A stretch of 63,823 bases of DNA, filler included, from an uncultured bacterium (GTDB taxonomy: Bacteria; CAYJRR01): assembly GCA_964372275.1 (NCBI GenBank). It is 3 parts of 3 records of this genome, joined end to end, with 100 filler letters (N's around TTAATTAATTAA, not from the genome) between each part and the next. Parts side by side here need not be neighbours in the genome. Positions count along the whole stretch, not along the records: positions 52,336 to 63,823 come from CAYJRR010000137.1; 2 more parts are not named here. One strand, given 5' to 3'. Under the pieces are notes generated by a model. That model was given only the letters and a program-made list of their open reading frames with translations, had not been told where the DNA came from and did not search any database. Made by a program: the position numbers and the translations under genes. How positions within the stretch are numbered: the stretch's first letter is position 1; the number at the start of each line of letters is the position of its first letter. Of the stretch, positions 60,338-63,823 are shown piece by piece.

Positions 60338-61441
60338 CTACTCGCGGGTGGCGACGCCGGCGGCGACGCGCCAGGTGACGTGGGCGCGCGCGAGGTCGTC
60401 CTTCAGCTCGCGCACGTCGGTGGTGGTGACGAAGATCTGCGCCGGGATGCGGTTCAGGAAGCCGAAGAGGTAGCGCACCCGGTCCTGGTCGAGCTCGCTC
60501 TTCACGTCGTCGAGGAGGAGCACGGGATAGCGGCCGAGCTCGCGGCGGTGCAGTTCGATCTCCGCGACCTTGAGCGCGAGCGCGAACATCCGGTGCTGTC
60601 CCTGACTGGCGTATCTCCGCACCGACCGGCCGTCGATCTCGGCGACGACGTCGTCGCGGTGGGGTCCGACGACGGTGTGGCCGCGCGCGAGCTCCTCGTC
60701 GCGGCGTGCCTCCATCGCCGCCAACAGTTCCGGCTCCGTCGCGGCCGTCCCCCGGTAGGAGAGGCTCGCCAGACGCGTCGATCCCGAGATCTCGCGGAAG
60801 AACGCTTCGAGGAGTGGTCCGACGCGGGCGACGAATTCGCGACGCGCCGCGACGACCGGGCGGCCGGCGGCCGCGAGCTTGGCGTTCCACACGGCGAGAT
60901 GGTCGTCCACGTCCCGACGCGATCCGCTCCACGCGCCACGCGCCTCCTTGAGCAGCGCGTTCTTCTGCTTGAGCGCGCGGTTGTAGTCGAGCAGGTTCCG
61001 AAAGTGGTTCGGCAGGAGACCGAACACCCCGCGGTCGAGCGCCTGGCGCCGCGGACCGGACTCCCCCTTGTGGAGTTGCAGGTCGTCGGGGGTGAAGCGC
61101 ACCGTCGGAAAGAGACGCAGGTAGTCGGCCACGGCCGCGGGCTTCTTCCCGTTGACGCACGCCTCGCGCTCCTGGGCCCCGAGTCGCACCGACAGCCGAT
61201 CGGTCCCGTTCGCCCCTGCGATCGTCCCCTCCACCGCCGCCGCCGGCTCCCCGAACCGCACCAGCTCCCGCGACGACGACCCGCGGAACGACCGCAGCGT
61301 CGAGAGGACGTGAATCGCCTCCAGCAGGCTCGTCTTTCCCTGCGCGTTGTCCCCGACGATCACCTGCACGTCGGCGGAGAACTCCCCCGAGAACCTCTCG
61401 TAGTTGCGAAACGACCGGAACTGCAGCGCGGCGAGGTGCAT
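60338..61441 (-). CDS. recF: DNA replication/repair protein RecF (alternative start 61516)
   Basis: 'FRSFRNY', 'GDNAQGKTSLLEAI', 'GPHRDD', 'ASQGQ', 'LLLDDVKSELD'. Confidence 0.97.
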   Translation of the reverse strand: MHLAALQFRSFRNYERFSGEFSADVQVIVGDNAQGKTSLLEAIHVLSTLRSFRGSSSRELVRFGEPAAAVEGTIAGANGTDRLSVRLGAQEREACVNGKKPAAVADYLRLFPTVRFTPDDLQLHKGESGPRRQALDRGVFGLLPNHFRNLLDYNRALKQKNALLKEARGAWSGSRRDVDDHLAVWNAKLAAAGRPVVAARREFVARVGPLLEAFFREISGSTRLASLSYRGTAATEPELLAAMEARRDEELARGHTVVGPHRDDVVAEIDGRSVRRYASQGQHRMFALALKVAEIELHRRELGRYPVLLLDDVKSELDQDRVRYLFGFLNRIPAQIFVTTTDVRELKDDLARAHVTWRVAAGVATRE

Positions 61442-61512
61442 GGCCGCCGGTCGTTCGATCTGGGCGGCCCGTCCGGCCCGCGCTTCGCGCCGGTCCGATT
61501 CGACGGTCGTCG

Positions 61513-62628
61513 TCAAATTCGCATCGGCATGATGACGTACAGATAGTCGGCGTTGCCCTTGCCGCGGAGGACGCCGGGGCTGGAGTCGTCGGCCAGCGCG
61601 AGCTCCACCACCTCTTCGCCGATGGCGGTCAGGGCGTCGAGGAGGTACTTGGCGTTGAAGCCGATCTCCAGCGGCGTGCCGTTGAAGTCGGCTTCGACCT
61701 CCTCGCGCGCTTCGCCGAAGTCGGGATTCGACGCGGAGAGGACGAGCCCGTTCTTCGACATCTCCAGCTTCACGCCCTTGATGCGGTCGGTCGACAGCAC
61801 GCTGATGCGGCGGAGCGACGCGGCGAACCGGTTCCGGTCGAGGGCGAGGACCTTGTTGTTCCCCTTGGGCAGCACCGACGCGTAGGGGGGGAACTGCCCC
61901 TCGATCAGGCGCATCACCAGCGTCGTCTTGCCGCTGCGCGCGACGGCGTTCCCGGCCGAGAAGCCGATCTCGACGCCGGCGTCCCCCGCCTCCTCGGCGA
62001 GCTTGCGGATCTCGGCCACCCCCTTGCGCGGCAGGATCACCCCGGCCGGCAGCTCCGGCGCCTTGTCGAGCGTCTTCTCGATCTTCGCCAGGCGGTGGGT
62101 GTCGGTCGATACCATCCGCAGGCCGGACTTCTTCTCCTCGGACGCCTTCTCCACGAAGACGCCGCTCATGTTGTATCGGGTCTCGTCGGTCGAGACGCAG
62201 AAGGAGGTCTTGTCGAGCATCTCCGCCAGGATCTTCGACGGCACGCTCGCCAGCTTCGCGCCGGAGACGTCGGGAAGGTTGGGGAATTCGTCCGGCGAAA
62301 GCCCCGTGATCTTGAACCGCGCCTTGCCCGCCGACACCTCGAGCCAGTGGTTGTCGAGGCGCTTGAGGGCCACCCGACCCTCGGCAATCTCCTTCACGAT
62401 GTCGTGCAGCTTCCGGGCGTCGACCGCGACCTTTCCCGGCTTCACCACGTCGGCCGGATAGCTCGTCACCGTCCCGACGTCGAGGTCGGTGCCGGTGAGA
62501 CGGATCTCGTCGGCCGACGCCTCGATCAGCGTGTTGGAGAGGATCGGCATCGTGCTCTTGCGTTCGACGACGCCGAGGACTTTGGAAAGGCCCTTGAGGA
62601 ACGTTTCGCGCTCGACCCGAATCTCCAT
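61513..62628 (-). CDS. dnaN: DNA polymerase III beta sliding clamp
   Basis: 'TMPILSN', 'TGTDLD', 'STDETRY', 'VSTDTHRL', 'IEGQFP', 'FNAKYLLD', 'VIMPMRI'. Confidence 0.98.
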   Translation of the reverse strand: MEIRVERETFLKGLSKVLGVVERKSTMPILSNTLIEASADEIRLTGTDLDVGTVTSYPADVVKPGKVAVDARKLHDIVKEIAEGRVALKRLDNHWLEVSAGKARFKITGLSPDEFPNLPDVSGAKLASVPSKILAEMLDKTSFCVSTDETRYNMSGVFVEKASEEKKSGLRMVSTDTHRLAKIEKTLDKAPELPAGVILPRKGVAEIRKLAEEAGDAGVEIGFSAGNAVARSGKTTLVMRLIEGQFPPYASVLPKGNNKVLALDRNRFAASLRRISVLSTDRIKGVKLEMSKNGLVLSASNPDFGEAREEVEADFNGTPLEIGFNAKYLLDALTAIGEEVVELALADDSSPGVLRGKGNADYLYVIMPMRI

Positions 62629-62893
62629 GCCTGCCTCGTCGCTCTTCTGTTTCTCGGGAAGGAGAAAAACTTATTAAAGAGAGTAGTAGTAGTAACGGCT
62701 GTGAATTGGTGGATGGATCGTGAAGTGGGGATCGTCGCTACGTTTCTCTCCGCTTCGTACCGGCGGAGAACCTTCGTGCCATCCCCGCCCGCGTGTGGGC
62801 TTCTACATCGCTCACACCCTGTTCACAAGCGGATCCCCGGCCTTGCCCCCCGATCCCTCCACACCCAAAGCGATTCGAAATCGATCGCCGTGT
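62629..62893. promoter_or_regulatory. oriC: Probable replication origin oriC (DnaA boxes, DnaA-trios, AT-rich unwinding element)
   Basis: AT tract aaaaacttattaaag (62665-62679), TAG trios agtagtagtagta (62682-62694), GC spacer cggc, DnaA-box-like tgtgaattg (62700-62708) and ggtggatgg; further degenerate boxes ctgttcaca (~62819) and ccctccaca (~62855). Confidence 0.8.
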
Positions 62894-63823
62894 CTAAAGA
62901 TCGCCTCCGGTCGAGAGCGACTTCTCGATCGACTCGACCATGTTCTTCAGCGACGGGTCGGTCTTGAGCCGGTCCTCGATCTTCTTGCAGCCGTGGATGA
63001 CGGTGGAGTGGTCCTTGCCGCCGAACTTCTCCCCGATGTCGGGGAACGACGAGCGGCAATGCTTGCGCACCAGGTACATCGCGATCTGCCGCGGCAGCGC
63101 GACCACCTTGTGCTTCTTGGGGCTCTTCAGATCGCTCACCTTCAGGTTGAAGAAGTTGGCGACCGTCTTCTGGATCCCTTCGGAGGTGAGGATCTTCGTC
63201 TTCTCCTGCCCCAGGGCGCCCGGGGCCGCCTTGGAGGGCTCCAGGTCGATCGCCCGGCCGTAGAGGCTGGCGAAGGCGCTCACCCGGATCAGCGCCCCCT
63301 CGAGCTCGCGGATGTTCGAGGCGATGTGCGTCGCCAGGAACATCGCCACCTCGTCGGGGACGTGGATCTTGTCCTCCTCCGCCTTCTTCCGGAGGATGGC
63401 GATCCGGGTTTCGATCTCCGGCGGCTGGATGTCGGCGATCAGCCCCCACTCGAACCGCGAACGCAGCCGCTCCTCGAGGTTGGGGATCTCCTTCGGGAAC
63501 TTGTCGCTGGTCAGGACGATCTGCTTCCGCGAGCCGTAGAGCGTGTTGAAGGTGTGGAAGAACTCCTCCTGCGTCCGCTCCTTTCCGGCGAGGAACTGGA
63601 TGTCATCCATTAGGAGGACGTCGCATCCGTCACGGTACTTGGCGCGGAAGGCGTCCATCTTGTCGAACCGGAGCGCGCTGATCAGCTCGTTCATGAACGA
63701 CTCGGACGAGAGATAGATGATGCGCGCCGACGGGTCGTCGGTGAGGATGGCGTGGCCGATCGCTTGCACCAGATGGGTCTTCCCCAGCCCGACGCCGCCG
63801 TAGATGAAGAGCGGGTTGTATCG
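62894..63823 (-). CDS. dnaA: Chromosomal replication initiator DnaA (5' part outside the window)
   Basis: 'YNPLFIYGGVGLGKTHL' at the window edge, 'DDIQF', 'QEEFFHTFN', 'RLRSRFEWGL', 'NIRELEGAL', 'GGKDHSTVIH'. Confidence 0.98.
   Translation of the reverse strand, partial: RYNPLFIYGGVGLGKTHLVQAIGHAILTDDPSARIIYLSSESFMNELISALRFDKMDAFRAKYRDGCDVLLMDDIQFLAGKERTQEEFFHTFNTLYGSRKQIVLTSDKFPKEIPNLEERLRSRFEWGLIADIQPPEIETRIAILRKKAEEDKIHVPDEVAMFLATHIASNIRELEGALIRVSAFASLYGRAIDLEPSKAAPGALGQEKTKILTSEGIQKTVANFFNLKVSDLKSPKKHKVVALPRQIAMYLVRKHCRSSFPDIGEKFGGKDHSTVIHGCKKIEDRLKTDPSLKNMVESIEKSLSTGGDL

Noticed and set aside
63180..63245. Odd helix-breaking residues in DnaA ('LEPSKAAPGALGQ...SEGIQ')
   Set aside because: Each is one base change from the expected L/L/V/E residue, near a contig end; more likely low-coverage base-call errors than biology.

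Overview
High-GC bacterial chromosomal DNA whose gene content suggests Myxococcota/'Deltaproteobacteria' (inference from the eukaryote-like Ser/Thr kinases, TolQ+2xTolR cluster, AgmC-like and Oar-like proteins). The window is three contigs (1-26273, 26374-52235, 52336-63823) joined by two 100-nt N/TTAATTAATTAA linkers, so adjacency across the gaps is not established. Housekeeping genes: mfd (partial), yebC-ruvC-ruvA-ruvB, dtd, an ABC-F ATPase with an internal TAG, tRNA-Gly(CCC), NAD kinase, and dnaA(partial)-oriC-dnaN-recF...gyrB(partial). These are interspersed with many envelope, lipoprotein and signalling genes. Most notable observations: (i) a Ser/Thr kinase-SHOCT / lipoprotein / SHOCT-lipoprotein / beta-barrel block bracketed by two paralogous secreted cupins; (ii) two integrin-like FG-GAP + Ig + P-domain lipoproteins lying between recF and gyrB behind a perfect palindrome; (iii) a fold-back hexamer array plus a 23-bp inverted repeat ahead of a probable four-helix-bundle gene; (iv) two apparently inactivated PD-(D/E)XK-fold proteins; (v) a methyltransferase-ATP-grasp fusion; (vi) an oriC with DnaA-trios. 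No CRISPR array, integrase or transposase was seen. All family assignments come from motif recognition by eye; no searches were run.
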